Positions 9,077-17,450 of a stretch of 29,734 nucleotides of DNA are shown here, piece by piece. Position 1 is the first letter of the stretch. Each line of letters begins with the position of its first letter. Source of the stretch: a virus (Duplodnaviria > Caudoviricetes); the IMG/VR virus record IMGVR_UViG_3300049436_000011, positions 1-29,734 of that record. The stretch is one strand, 5' to 3'. The notes beneath the pieces were generated by a model. The model was given only the letters and a program-made list of their open reading frames with translations. It did no database searches and was not told the DNA's origin. The position numbers and the translations under genes are program-made.

Positions 9077-9589
9077 TTATGATTTTGAGGTATCAATGAA
9101 TGAACTAATTACCTGGCTTTTCTCCTGGGAGGACTTGGTCGTCCCAAAAAGGAATCCATAAACGGAGGCCAGGACCATTCCAATTACCACGCCCAGGATA
9201 GTGTCAGCAAACCTTTGGTTTTCGGGCGGGATTGGCACAAAAGTGATAAGGAAGATATACGCAAAGCTCAGGAATGAGCTGACAGCTGCGAAGTAATACA
9301 CAAATCTTTTGGAAAAGTTATCCTGCTGGTTCAATGCGGTTTTCTGCATATCCCTGGCATCCTTCACGTCTGCCAGAAGTAAGGACAGTTCCCGCTCTTC
9401 ATAATCCTTCAGGAGCTTTTCGAATTCCACACGCTGTTCAGGTGGTACATCCGGAGTCTGATCAAACATACCCTTCAGGAGTTTTACCGGGGGCAGTACA
9501 TCACCGACCATGTCGATGATACTCGGGGCCACCTGGTTAAGGAATTTACCGATGGTAGTTTCCTTGAATTTCTTTTTTTCCTCTGCCAT
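9077..9589 (-). CDS. Putative holin (two C-terminal TM helices)
   Basis: Likely start MAEEKKK at 9589 (avoids overlap with upstream gene); DVKDARDMQ motif followed by two hydrophobic segments and YGFLFGTTKSS. Confidence 0.65.
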   Translation of the reverse strand: MAEEKKKFKETTIGKFLNQVAPSIIDMVGDVLPPVKLLKGMFDQTPDVPPEQRVEFEKLLKDYEERELSLLLADVKDARDMQKTALNQQDNFSKRFVYYFAAVSSFLSFAYIFLITFVPIPPENQRFADTILGVVIGMVLASVYGFLFGTTKSSQEKSQVISSFIDTSKS

Positions 9590-9603
9590 GACTGCGTTTC
9601 TTT

Positions 9604-9879
9604 TTAAGTTATTTTCGGACAAGTTGAACACCGGTTCTGAATATTCTCAATGTCCCTGATCCAGCCTGCGTGAGAATCGATGCGCTTTTCGTGATTGGCA
9701 CTTTTCTCCTCGATCGCAGTGATCCTTGCATCCTGCTTGATCTGCGACATATTCAATCCCTGGAGCGCGTTGCGTATCAGTCTCAATTCTTTCAGAACTC
9801 CTTTTGCCAGGTACCAGAGGATAGATAGCAGGATGAATATCGCTCCCCGGTAGATCCACATTTCAAATGATTGCTCCAT
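9604..9879 (-). CDS. Small membrane protein (one TM plus coiled coil), holin/antiholin-like
   Basis: 91 aa; N-terminal TM (GAIFILLSILWYL) followed by heptad region; adjacent to holin candidate. Confidence 0.6.
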   Translation of the reverse strand: MEQSFEMWIYRGAIFILLSILWYLAKGVLKELRLIRNALQGLNMSQIKQDARITAIEEKSANHEKRIDSHAGWIRDIENIQNRCSTCPKIT

Positions 9880-9890
9880 TTTCAGTTTTT

Positions 9891-9958
9891 AAAGAAGAAC
9901 CCCCCTAATCCCTGCGGTAAGGTTTCAGGGGGTTCACGCTTCACACGGGGGTTTCTTC
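9891..9958 (-). terminator. Structured intergenic element / probable partial terminator after capsid gene
   Basis: On the minus strand GAACCCCCT...AGGGGGGTTC followed by TTCTTT; a second arm GAAGAAACCCCC can pair with the same G-run. Confidence 0.5.
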
Positions 9959-10986
9959 TATTCTTTCGGTGAGTAAATCGCAGAGATATACTTTGCACGC
10001 ATTGGAAGGGCAACAAATCTCAACTGGAAATTGAAAATATCACCTTTATTCGCAGGATCCCTGAACGTATAGAACATCTCAATGGTTCCCATTGCCTTCA
10101 TCACTTCCTCTTTGTAGAAGGCGAATGATGAAATGGTATCAGTCTCTGCAGCAACCGCACCAAATGCACACTTGACACCTGTGGTTGCATTAAATTTCGG
10201 CGTAACACTTGTCTTACGCAACTTGAAGCTGAACAGGTTACCGTTCATCATCATCGCTTTATAAAGAGCCATATCCTGCAAGCTCAAATCAGCTTTATGT
10301 TTGGGATTCAATACCAGGATACGACCATCTTCCGGCACATCCATATCATCAAAAGCAGTTTCCAATGAAAGGACATCCTCAAATTTGAGTTTGCGGTATC
10401 CTGTTATGGCATTCATATCACCAGTCGCAGTTAATACAGGCGTATTGGCAGTACTTGAGGCAGGTGTCCAGTTCCATGCACCGAGCTCATAAGCCTTTCT
10501 AAGCAAGGCATTCTTATGACCACGCGTCACGGATGCCATCTTATCGTATGAAAGTTCCATCGCCTCGAGATTCCTGACCACCGTTGATTCGGTATCCAGG
10601 GTACTTAATTCAAGGGCTTTAGGAACGTCAGTCCTGGTGGACACATTAATCGGATAAGCAGTGTTGTTTACAAGCACGGCAGGATCCGCTCCGGCCTCTG
10701 CCAGGTTGATCTTGTTAAATTCCACCAAACTTGACATGTCCCTTCCTTCAGCCAGAAAGCTTCCGTCAGGATAAAACTTCTCAAGAATGATATCGGTCCA
10801 GATTTCCTTTTGCAGGCCGGCCATCATTACGGTGCCACTGGCGGGGCCAAAGGAAAGAACAGTACCACTTACAATCGAAGCACCAATTGCAATGGCGGGA
10901 CTGATGGCGAAGAATGCTGCGGCCATCAACATAACAACCACGTTAAAGAACAGGTTGCCAAAATTAAGTTTTTTCGCGGGTCTCAT
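9958..10986 (-). CDS. Major capsid protein with hydrophobic N-terminal leader
   Basis: 342 aa directly after protease/scaffold; QKEIWTD, DPAVLVNNTAYPI, ELSYDKMASV, VPEDGRILVL motifs. Confidence 0.85.
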   Translation of the reverse strand: MRPAKKLNFGNLFFNVVVMLMAAAFFAISPAIAIGASIVSGTVLSFGPASGTVMMAGLQKEIWTDIILEKFYPDGSFLAEGRDMSSLVEFNKINLAEAGADPAVLVNNTAYPINVSTRTDVPKALELSTLDTESTVVRNLEAMELSYDKMASVTRGHKNALLRKAYELGAWNWTPASSTANTPVLTATGDMNAITGYRKLKFEDVLSLETAFDDMDVPEDGRILVLNPKHKADLSLQDMALYKAMMMNGNLFSFKLRKTSVTPKFNATTGVKCAFGAVAAETDTISSFAFYKEEVMKAMGTIEMFYTFRDPANKGDIFNFQLRFVALPMRAKYISAIYSPKE

Positions 10987-11003
10987 TTTACTGTAGATAT
11001 TGG

Positions 11004-11981
11004 TTAATGTTTCGGTTTGTAAGCTTCTTTGAGGGCATTAAACTCCTCAGGCTTTTCAGCTGCGAGTTTGGTAAGACCTTTTGGATCTTCCTTTGCCCAT
11101 CTCATATAATCCCATCCGGAGCGGTCCTCGCCGGCAGATGAACCGGCTGGTTTCACCTGGGATGACAGGGTGGTTTTTGGGGGGATAGAGGAGATCAGTT
11201 CCTGTGCCTGTTTGAGATCACTCTCGGCCAGCTTCATAAAGGAGTCCTTTTTTTCAGCTGTGAGGCGACCTTCGGCGATGGCGCCATCAACCAGGGCTTT
11301 TGCCTGTGCTGAGAGATGAGCTTTCAGCGCATCCTCGGCAGTTTTCTTATCGGCTGCGAGCTGCACGTTGGCAGTTTCAGCAGTTGTTTTATCCGCTGCG
11401 AGCTTTACGATCGCTGCGCTCAGGGCCGCTCCATCCGGAGTGGCGGTAACGGCCAGTGCTGCTAAAGCTTCCGGCGTCAAGATTACTTTTTCCATTGTTT
11501 CAGGGGATTGTTTGTTGATTGTTATTGACTCGATAGCGAGTTTGATCTCATCATTGGACTCAAGTATCTTTCCGTCCCTGGATGAAAGGCGAAGTGAAAG
11601 CGCATTGGACGGGATCGAAACGATTGAACCTTCCATGAGTTCACTTTTGGTTACCACTGCCAAATAACCCAGAGTGGGTACCTCACGCAGTTCAGCCTCC
11701 AGAGGAACGATCCAGGGAGAGGCACCTTTGACAAATTCACGGTCAACCTGCCCCTTGAGTTTCTTTGCATCATCATCCTCTTCGTCGAAGACGGGATCTG
11801 CTAAAAGCTTTGTTCCCTCAATTCGGATGTTATCCCAGCGACCTACTACGTGCTCCGGATCATGCTGGCGCAACATCACCGGGTTCGCTTTGAACCTGGC
11901 CAGATCGATGCCGGCATTCAGAAGAATGAATCCCCGGTCGTTTACTATGCTTTCATCGTTGAAAACAAAGGGTCTTGCCAT
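11004..11981 (-). CDS. Prohead protease / scaffold protein
   Basis: 325 aa; FKANPVMLRQH, VGRW, ELMEGSIVSIPSN protease motifs; Ala-rich helical C-terminal half (LVDGAIAEGRL). Confidence 0.88.
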   Translation of the reverse strand: MARPFVFNDESIVNDRGFILLNAGIDLARFKANPVMLRQHDPEHVVGRWDNIRIEGTKLLADPVFDEEDDDAKKLKGQVDREFVKGASPWIVPLEAELREVPTLGYLAVVTKSELMEGSIVSIPSNALSLRLSSRDGKILESNDEIKLAIESITINKQSPETMEKVILTPEALAALAVTATPDGAALSAAIVKLAADKTTAETANVQLAADKKTAEDALKAHLSAQAKALVDGAIAEGRLTAEKKDSFMKLAESDLKQAQELISSIPPKTTLSSQVKPAGSSAGEDRSGWDYMRWAKEDPKGLTKLAAEKPEEFNALKEAYKPKH

Positions 11982-12015
11982 TACTCGTTCATGTTTGATA
12001 TCGTGTTAAGAGCGG

Positions 12016-12047
12016 CAAACATACATGCCATATTCGCATAAACCAAA
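12016..12047 (-). promoter_or_regulatory. Bacteroidota sigma70-type promoter for protease-capsid-tail operon
   Basis: Minus strand TTTG (12047-12044), 20-nt spacer, TATGTTTG (12023-12016): matches TTTG-N19-21-TAnnTTTG. Confidence 0.7.
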
Positions 12048-12097
12048 GAAGTATATAACCCTTGTAAGCATCTATACAAGTGTTATATACTATCTTT
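12045..12097. promoter_or_regulatory. Long inverted repeat between divergent late promoters (putative regulator site)
   Basis: AGTATATAACCCTTGTA (12050-12066), 8-nt spacer, TACAAGTGTTATATACT (12075-12091): 16/17 complementary, extendable by AAAGA/TCTTT. Confidence 0.7.
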
Positions 12098-12125
12098 CAT
12101 TTATACTCTTAAAATTGCATTTTTG
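12095..12125 (+). promoter_or_regulatory. Near-consensus promoter for terminase-portal operon
   Basis: TTTC (12095-12098), 19-nt spacer, CATTTTTG (12118-12125); one mismatch in each box. Confidence 0.5.
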
Positions 12126-12135
12126 CGAAAAAACG

Positions 12136-12597
12136 ATGGCCGGTAAAAAGGTTAAGTCGCGAAATCCAGAAAAAGAAGAGTACGCGTATCTGTTATTCAT
12201 GCAGGGAGTTAACCAGGCTGATATCTGCAGCCGGGTTGGTGTAACGAATCCAACACTCGCATCCTGGAAGAAATCTGGCGGCTGGGAACAGAAGCGTGCA
12301 GCACGCACAATCTCACTCGATGATCTTATGCAGAAGGCGCTCAAGAGGGTCGACGAGATCCTTACCAGCGAAGGATCATTCAACGCTGATGCCTTTGCAA
12401 AAGCCGTCAAACAACTCAAGGAGCTAAAGACTGCCAACACCATCGATGATGATATATATTGCTTCATGAGTTTTCAGGACTTCCTGATACAGAAGCGTGC
12501 TGAGCATGATATCACTGACTCTTTCATTAAGATGGTAACCAAGTATCAGGATATCTTCATCCAATTCCGTTTGGGCAATGGCAAACTTCAGAAGTAA
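12136..12597 (+). CDS. Putative terminase small subunit (HTH, DUF1804-like)
   Basis: Likely start MAGKKVK at 12136; AYLLFMQGVNQADICSRVGVTNPTLASWKKSGGW HTH; overlaps TerL start. Confidence 0.8.
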   Translation: MAGKKVKSRNPEKEEYAYLLFMQGVNQADICSRVGVTNPTLASWKKSGGWEQKRAARTISLDDLMQKALKRVDEILTSEGSFNADAFAKAVKQLKELKTANTIDDDIYCFMSFQDFLIQKRAEHDITDSFIKMVTKYQDIFIQFRLGNGKLQK

Positions 12598-14089
12598 TAA
12601 AGAGCTCAAGCTGCGTTGGCAGAACCGGGTCCAATGGATCCTGTCTCAAACATTCCGGATAACGGAATCCCATGAGGAGAAACAGAAGCGGATCACCAGG
12701 GCACGCAGAGACTACCAGTTCTTTGTCGACACCTATTTCCCGCACCTGGCAACCAAGAAGTGCGGCAAGTTCCAATTGGATGCTGCCGGGTACCTACTGA
12801 AGAATAATGACACCCGGGCTTTGTTTGAATGGGCTCGGGGCCATGCGAAGAGCTCGCACCTTTCATTGATGATCCCCCTTTGGCTAAAGATACAGGATCC
12901 CCGTCAAGTCAATGTGATGATCCTGGTATCGAAGTCAGAAGACATGGCCGTGCGCCTGCTTGCGGATCTGCAGGCTGAGCTCCAGTACAACCAGGCATTT
13001 ACTGAGGACTTCGGACATCAGGTATCAAAGGGATCATGGGCCGATGGAGAATTCCATACCACAGATGGTTGCTTATTTGTAGCCCTGGGACGTGGGCAGT
13101 CTCCGCGTGGTCTGAAAGATCGCGGCAAACGACCTGATTACATTGTAATCGACGATATCGACGATGATGAGATGATCCGCAATCCCCGCCGCGTTGGTGA
13201 AACACTCGATTGGTGCCTTACAGCCTTATCCGGAACGATGGCAATGGGACGCGGTCGGTTCGTCATGGTAGGTAACCGCATCGGGAAAGACAGTGTACTG
13301 GCCCGGTATGCTCAGCGCCCGGGTGTATATCATACAATCGTCAATACCCTGGATAAAAAGGGCCTTCCGTCATGGCCCGAAAACTACACTCCGGATGAGA
13401 TTCGAAAGATGCGTGAATTCGTCGGGGAACGCAGGTTTCAGAAAGAATACATGAACAATCCGATTACGGAAGGTACTGTATTTAAGCAGAAGGATATCAT
13501 CTATGGGCCCATGCTTGACCTGAAGCTTTACAAAACACTTATCTGCTACACTGACCCGTCATTCAAACACTCGCCAACCGCCGACTTCAAGGCAACAATG
13601 CTCGTCGGAAAAACACAGGAAGGTCACTATCATGTGCTCAAAGCTTATTCTGATCAGTGCACCGTCATGACAATGGTATCCTGGCATTACGATATCATGA
13701 AGTTCGTAAACGGCAAGGTACCTGTGCTCTATTACATGGAGAGCAACTTTTTGCAGGAGCTCCTGCTGGATGAATTCAAGAAGGCAGGTAACATTGCCGG
13801 CCAGCATATCCCGATCCGGGGAGATGCCCGTAAGAAGCCTGACAAGTTTGCCCGTATTGAAGCAATGCAGCCACTTTTTGAGCGCGGCCTGGTGATCATG
13901 AACAAACAAGAAAAGGACTCTCCAGGGATGATTGTCTTGGTTGATCAGCTGCTCATGTTTGAGAAGGGATCCCGGTCAAAGGACGATGCTCCGGATGCGC
14001 TCGAGGGAGGCGTATGGATGTTATCGCAACGCACCCGTGCCAGTAACGCAACCTATGTCTTCGCAAAGAGGGAAAACAGACACTTTTAA
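12578..14089 (+). CDS. Terminase large subunit
   Basis: 503 aa; Walker A-like WARGHAKS, GQSPRG, Walker B YIVIDDIDD, VGN motif, nuclease YTDPS and DDAPDALEG. Confidence 0.93.
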   Translation: MANFRSNKELKLRWQNRVQWILSQTFRITESHEEKQKRITRARRDYQFFVDTYFPHLATKKCGKFQLDAAGYLLKNNDTRALFEWARGHAKSSHLSLMIPLWLKIQDPRQVNVMILVSKSEDMAVRLLADLQAELQYNQAFTEDFGHQVSKGSWADGEFHTTDGCLFVALGRGQSPRGLKDRGKRPDYIVIDDIDDDEMIRNPRRVGETLDWCLTALSGTMAMGRGRFVMVGNRIGKDSVLARYAQRPGVYHTIVNTLDKKGLPSWPENYTPDEIRKMREFVGERRFQKEYMNNPITEGTVFKQKDIIYGPMLDLKLYKTLICYTDPSFKHSPTADFKATMLVGKTQEGHYHVLKAYSDQCTVMTMVSWHYDIMKFVNGKVPVLYYMESNFLQELLLDEFKKAGNIAGQHIPIRGDARKKPDKFARIEAMQPLFERGLVIMNKQEKDSPGMIVLVDQLLMFEKGSRSKDDAPDALEGGVWMLSQRTRASNATYVFAKRENRHF

Positions 14090-14103
14090 ACGCTACACAC
14101 TTT

Positions 14104-14358
14104 ATGATCATTAAAATTCTTTATTGGTACATCGATTTCCAAAAGTTCATTTTCGACACCCGGCTCTACTTTGCCATTAAAAAGGCAAACAGGCGTGCAA
14201 AGCTTCTTAACAAAAAGCACCTGGTGATTCCATTCAACGGACGGCCACGCGTGTTCATGAAGTCGCATTTGAAGGATCTGGTAAAGCGCCGGGTTCTGTA
14301 CAAAAAAGGAGTCACCATCGAGCAACTTGAAAAAATGTCACTCTATACAACCAGGTAG
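14104..14358 (+). CDS. Small basic hypothetical protein
   Basis: 84 aa Lys/Arg-rich ORF between TerL and gp36-like gene. Confidence 0.7.
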   Translation: MIIKILYWYIDFQKFIFDTRLYFAIKKANRRAKLLNKKHLVIPFNGRPRVFMKSHLKDLVKRRVLYKKGVTIEQLEKMSLYTTR

Positions 14359-14413
14359 TATGGCACAACTAATTGAAGATACAGAAAACGAGGACCCAAT
14401 TCAACCAAGCATC

Positions 14414-14899
14414 ATGTTTATAGAGATAGCAGAACTTAAATCGGCATTATATGCCTATCAACTCAATGAAATTGTAGAGATCACTGAGGATGATACTACG
14501 AATGAAGACATTGTGGTGATGGCCATCGATGCCGCCGTGGAAGAGATGAAGTCGTACCTGAAACCAAACAATCAGAGTCGATGGATCGACGGTCGCCGGC
14601 GCTTCGATATCGCGGCCATTTTTGGTGCCACCGGTGCCGCCCGGAATCCTCTCATTCTTGAACTGTGCAAAAGCATTGCTGTCTGGTATGTATGCCGACT
14701 AAGCAACGTCGATATCATCGAAGAGAAGGTAAAAGAGCGTTACGATCGCGCCATCACCTGGCTCGAGAAGGTAACCGGCGTTGGCAAGTATGCCGATGGC
14801 CCGGCGCTCAATCCGGATCTGCCGGTACTTCCCCTGGGTGACACACCTGAAGACGTGCCATTCCGCTTTGGATCCCGCGAAAAGTTTAACCACGAATAA
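14414..14899 (+). CDS. Mu gp36-like head-tail adaptor (DUF1320-like)
   Basis: AVEEMKSYL, RNPLILELCKSIAVWY, ERYDRAITWLEKV motifs; start 14414 (MFIEIAELK) preferred, 14360 possible. Confidence 0.8.
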   Translation: MFIEIAELKSALYAYQLNEIVEITEDDTTNEDIVVMAIDAAVEEMKSYLKPNNQSRWIDGRRRFDIAAIFGATGAARNPLILELCKSIAVWYVCRLSNVDIIEEKVKERYDRAITWLEKVTGVGKYADGPALNPDLPVLPLGDTPEDVPFRFGSREKFNHE

Positions 14900-14908
14900 A
14901 CAGTCAAC

Positions 14909-16078
14909 ATGGAAAAGAAAAAGGTCACGGGAAAGAAACGCGATACCGGCATGGCCGGAACTATAGCACCAAAGGCAATCAGCCAGGCACGCAATGATCT
15001 CGCGACTTGGAAGATGGCGCTCAAGCAGGCCGAAGCAATAGAAGCCCCCAAGAGGATCCGCCTGCAAAACCTGTATAAGGACATATCCATTGACGGCCTG
15101 TTAACCTCCCAGATGGAAAACCGGATCCTGCAGACAATGGCAGCATCATTCTCCCTGAAGGATCAAGGCGGCAAGGTTAATCCGGAAGCAACCGATATCC
15201 TGAAGAAATCCCGGTACTATTATGATATCGTTCGCAATATGCTGGACTCGATCTATTATGGCACTACGGTCATTGAGATCCTGAATTCCGATGCCGGCGT
15301 AAGGATTGAATTGATTCCCCGGAACAACATTGAGCCGCGAAAGGGCCTGTTTTTGACGGATGAGAACAACACTACAGGGATCCCGATTCGCGAAATGAAG
15401 GAGTACGGTACCTGGGTCCTCGAGTTCGGAGATCCTAAGAACTTCGGCTTGTTAAATAAGGCCATTCCGCATGTATTGTTCAAAAGGTTCGCTCAGTCGT
15501 GTTGGTCCGAGCTCTGCGAGATCTACGGGATACCCCCGCGCGTGATGAAGACCAATACTCAAGATGCAACGATGTTGTCGCGTGCTGAACAAATGATGAG
15601 AGATATGGGCGCAGCTGCCTGGTTCATCATTGACGAGACCGAGGAGTTTGAATTCGCAAAGGGAGCCGACAGCAACGGCGATGTGTATGCCAACCTGATC
15701 AAACTGTGCAACAATGAGAATTCGATGCTGATATCCGGTGCCATTATTGGCCAGGATACAAAGAACGGCAACGAGAGTAAGGAGAAAATATCCGTTAACG
15801 TCCTGTCCCGTTTGGTGGATGCTGACAAGAGGATGGTTGCAAGTTACTTCAATGACATGGTGCTCGGTGCCCTTGTGCGCATCGGCCTGATCCCGGATAA
15901 CCTGACCTTTGAATTCGATCCCCAGGAGAATATTGAACTTCTCTGGTCGATGGTAAAGGAGGTATTACCGCACATGGAGGTTGACCCCGCGTGGATCCAG
16001 GAGAAGTTTGGCATTAAGTTGACTGGGAAAAAGACAACCACGGATCCAAACGCAAAGCTTTCCAGTTTTTTCGACTAA
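14909..16078 (+). CDS. Portal protein (DUF935 / Mu gp29-like)
   Basis: 389 aa; LYKDISIDG, GLLNKA, WSELCEIYGIPPRV, NNENSMLISGA motifs; between gp36-like gene and MuF. Confidence 0.9.
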   Translation: MEKKKVTGKKRDTGMAGTIAPKAISQARNDLATWKMALKQAEAIEAPKRIRLQNLYKDISIDGLLTSQMENRILQTMAASFSLKDQGGKVNPEATDILKKSRYYYDIVRNMLDSIYYGTTVIEILNSDAGVRIELIPRNNIEPRKGLFLTDENNTTGIPIREMKEYGTWVLEFGDPKNFGLLNKAIPHVLFKRFAQSCWSELCEIYGIPPRVMKTNTQDATMLSRAEQMMRDMGAAAWFIIDETEEFEFAKGADSNGDVYANLIKLCNNENSMLISGAIIGQDTKNGNESKEKISVNVLSRLVDADKRMVASYFNDMVLGALVRIGLIPDNLTFEFDPQENIELLWSMVKEVLPHMEVDPAWIQEKFGIKLTGKKTTTDPNAKLSSFFD

Positions 16079-16097
16079 GCCCCTCCTTTGAGGGGCT
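16066..16097 (+). other. Predicted -1 programmed ribosomal frameshift cassette (portal to MuF)
   Basis: T_TTT_TTC at 16066-16072 in portal frame, spacer GACTA, hairpin AGCCCCTC-CTTT-GAGGGGCT; -1 frame is open into MuF. Confidence 0.75.
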
Positions 16098-16212
16098 GCA
16101 CGCGAGGCTTGGAGCAATATACCACCATGCGCATGATTGTTCCACTGGCGTCACCCTTGCCGCCTCCAGTGACAAGATTCCTGCCTATAATATCAAAATC
16201 TGGAAACAGGTC

Positions 16213-16947
16213 GTGAATCATATCCGGAAGATTGGATCCTACAGCGCAAAAATGCTGAAGGATAAACCGGTGATGGCAGCGCTGGAGGAAACCAACCGGA
16301 TCCTGTCTGCAGGATTCGAGTCAGGGATCTCCGACAGTAATCCTCCCCAGGAGATGATTGACAGCCTGAAAAATGATGTGTTCGTTTTCTCGGCCTGCAA
16401 AACGCACGTTGCCCTGAAGGAGCTCTCCACTATGCTGCTCAATGATCAGGGACAGATCACGCCATTGTCAGAATTCAAACAGAAGGCCACAGCGCTGCAC
16501 CAGCAGTACAATGAGAATTATCTCGAGGCTGAATACATTTTCGCGACAACGAGCGCACAAATGGCCGGAAAGTGGGCAGGTTTTGAAAAGGACGGCGACC
16601 GGTATAACCTGCAGTACAGAACTGCCCAGGATAGCAAAGTGAGAATATCACATGCAGCCCTGGCAAACATCACCCTGGGGGTGGATGATCCGTTCTGGGA
16701 TAAGTACACCCCTTCCAATGGATGGCGCTGCCGGTGCACGGTTCAACAGGTGCGTAAAGAAAAGTACGCGCTAAGTGATTCGGAAGCTTCAATCTCAAAG
16801 GGTGAAACGGCCACTACGGATATTGATGCTAAGGGTAATAACCGCGCTGAGATGTTCCGCTTCAATGCCGGCAAAGAGAAAGTTATCTTTCCACCGTCGC
16901 ATCCGTATTACAAAGTACGCTCACAGGTTGACAAAAACATAGGGTAA
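16213..16947 (+). CDS. MuF / SPP1 gp7-like minor head protein (no C-terminal toxin domain)
   Basis: YNENYLEAEY, LQYRTAQDSKVRISHAAL, DDPFWDKYTPSNGWRCRCTV, FRFNAGK, HPYY; frame is open upstream to the portal slippery site, so the GTG at 16213 may not be a true start. Confidence 0.9.
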   Translation: MNHIRKIGSYSAKMLKDKPVMAALEETNRILSAGFESGISDSNPPQEMIDSLKNDVFVFSACKTHVALKELSTMLLNDQGQITPLSEFKQKATALHQQYNENYLEAEYIFATTSAQMAGKWAGFEKDGDRYNLQYRTAQDSKVRISHAALANITLGVDDPFWDKYTPSNGWRCRCTVQQVRKEKYALSDSEASISKGETATTDIDAKGNNRAEMFRFNAGKEKVIFPPSHPYYKVRSQVDKNIG

Positions 16948-17450
16948 TGGACTTCCTGAAAACCTTTATCAGTGACCTGCGTGTTGAAGTGGCCGACGAG
17001 TTCGATCGCAATTTCGAGCGCAAAGGATTCTTTGACGAGAAGTGGCCGGATACCAGGATCCCCAATCGCCGGGGCACGCTCATGATGCGCACCGGAGCCC
17101 TCAGGCGCAGTATCGAGTCCGCCTCGAGCAGTAACAGCATCAAGTTCTTTTCATCCCTGCCATACGCCTCCATTCACAATGACGGTGGATACATCACTGT
17201 CACGGCAAAGATGAAAAAGTACTTCTGGGCCATGTACATGAAAGCCGGTGGAGCCCGTAAGGGTGCCAGGATGAATAAGGAGGCTGAGATATTCAAGGCG
17301 ATGGCCCTGAAAAAAGTGGGTTCCCGGATCAAGGTTGAGAAGCGCCAGTTCATTGGGCCTCATGTTCAGATTGACCAGGCTGTTGACCGGATCTTTCAAC
17401 AGCATTTAAACGACTTTACAACACGCATTCAAAAGCAATTAAAGCCATGA
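16947..17450 (+). CDS. Virion morphogenesis protein (Mu gpG-like neck/tail completion)
   Basis: 167 aa; FDRNFERKGFF, LMMRTGALRRSI, PYASIHNDGG, KRQFIG. Confidence 0.85.
   Translation: MDFLKTFISDLRVEVADEFDRNFERKGFFDEKWPDTRIPNRRGTLMMRTGALRRSIESASSSNSIKFFSSLPYASIHNDGGYITVTAKMKKYFWAMYMKAGGARKGARMNKEAEIFKAMALKKVGSRIKVEKRQFIGPHVQIDQAVDRIFQQHLNDFTTRIQKQLKP

Noticed and set aside
12025-12135. Hydrophobic N-terminal extension of TerS in the ORF track
   Set aside because: Runs through the divergent promoter and dyad; more plausibly non-coding.
16078-16097. Hairpin after the portal stop as an intrinsic terminator
   Set aside because: No U-tract follows on the + strand and it is mid-operon; spacing fits a frameshift stimulator better.
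16213-16947. MuF polymorphic toxin with immunity gene
   Set aside because: Protein ends shortly after HPYY with no C-terminal extension, and the next gene is the gpG-like structural gene.
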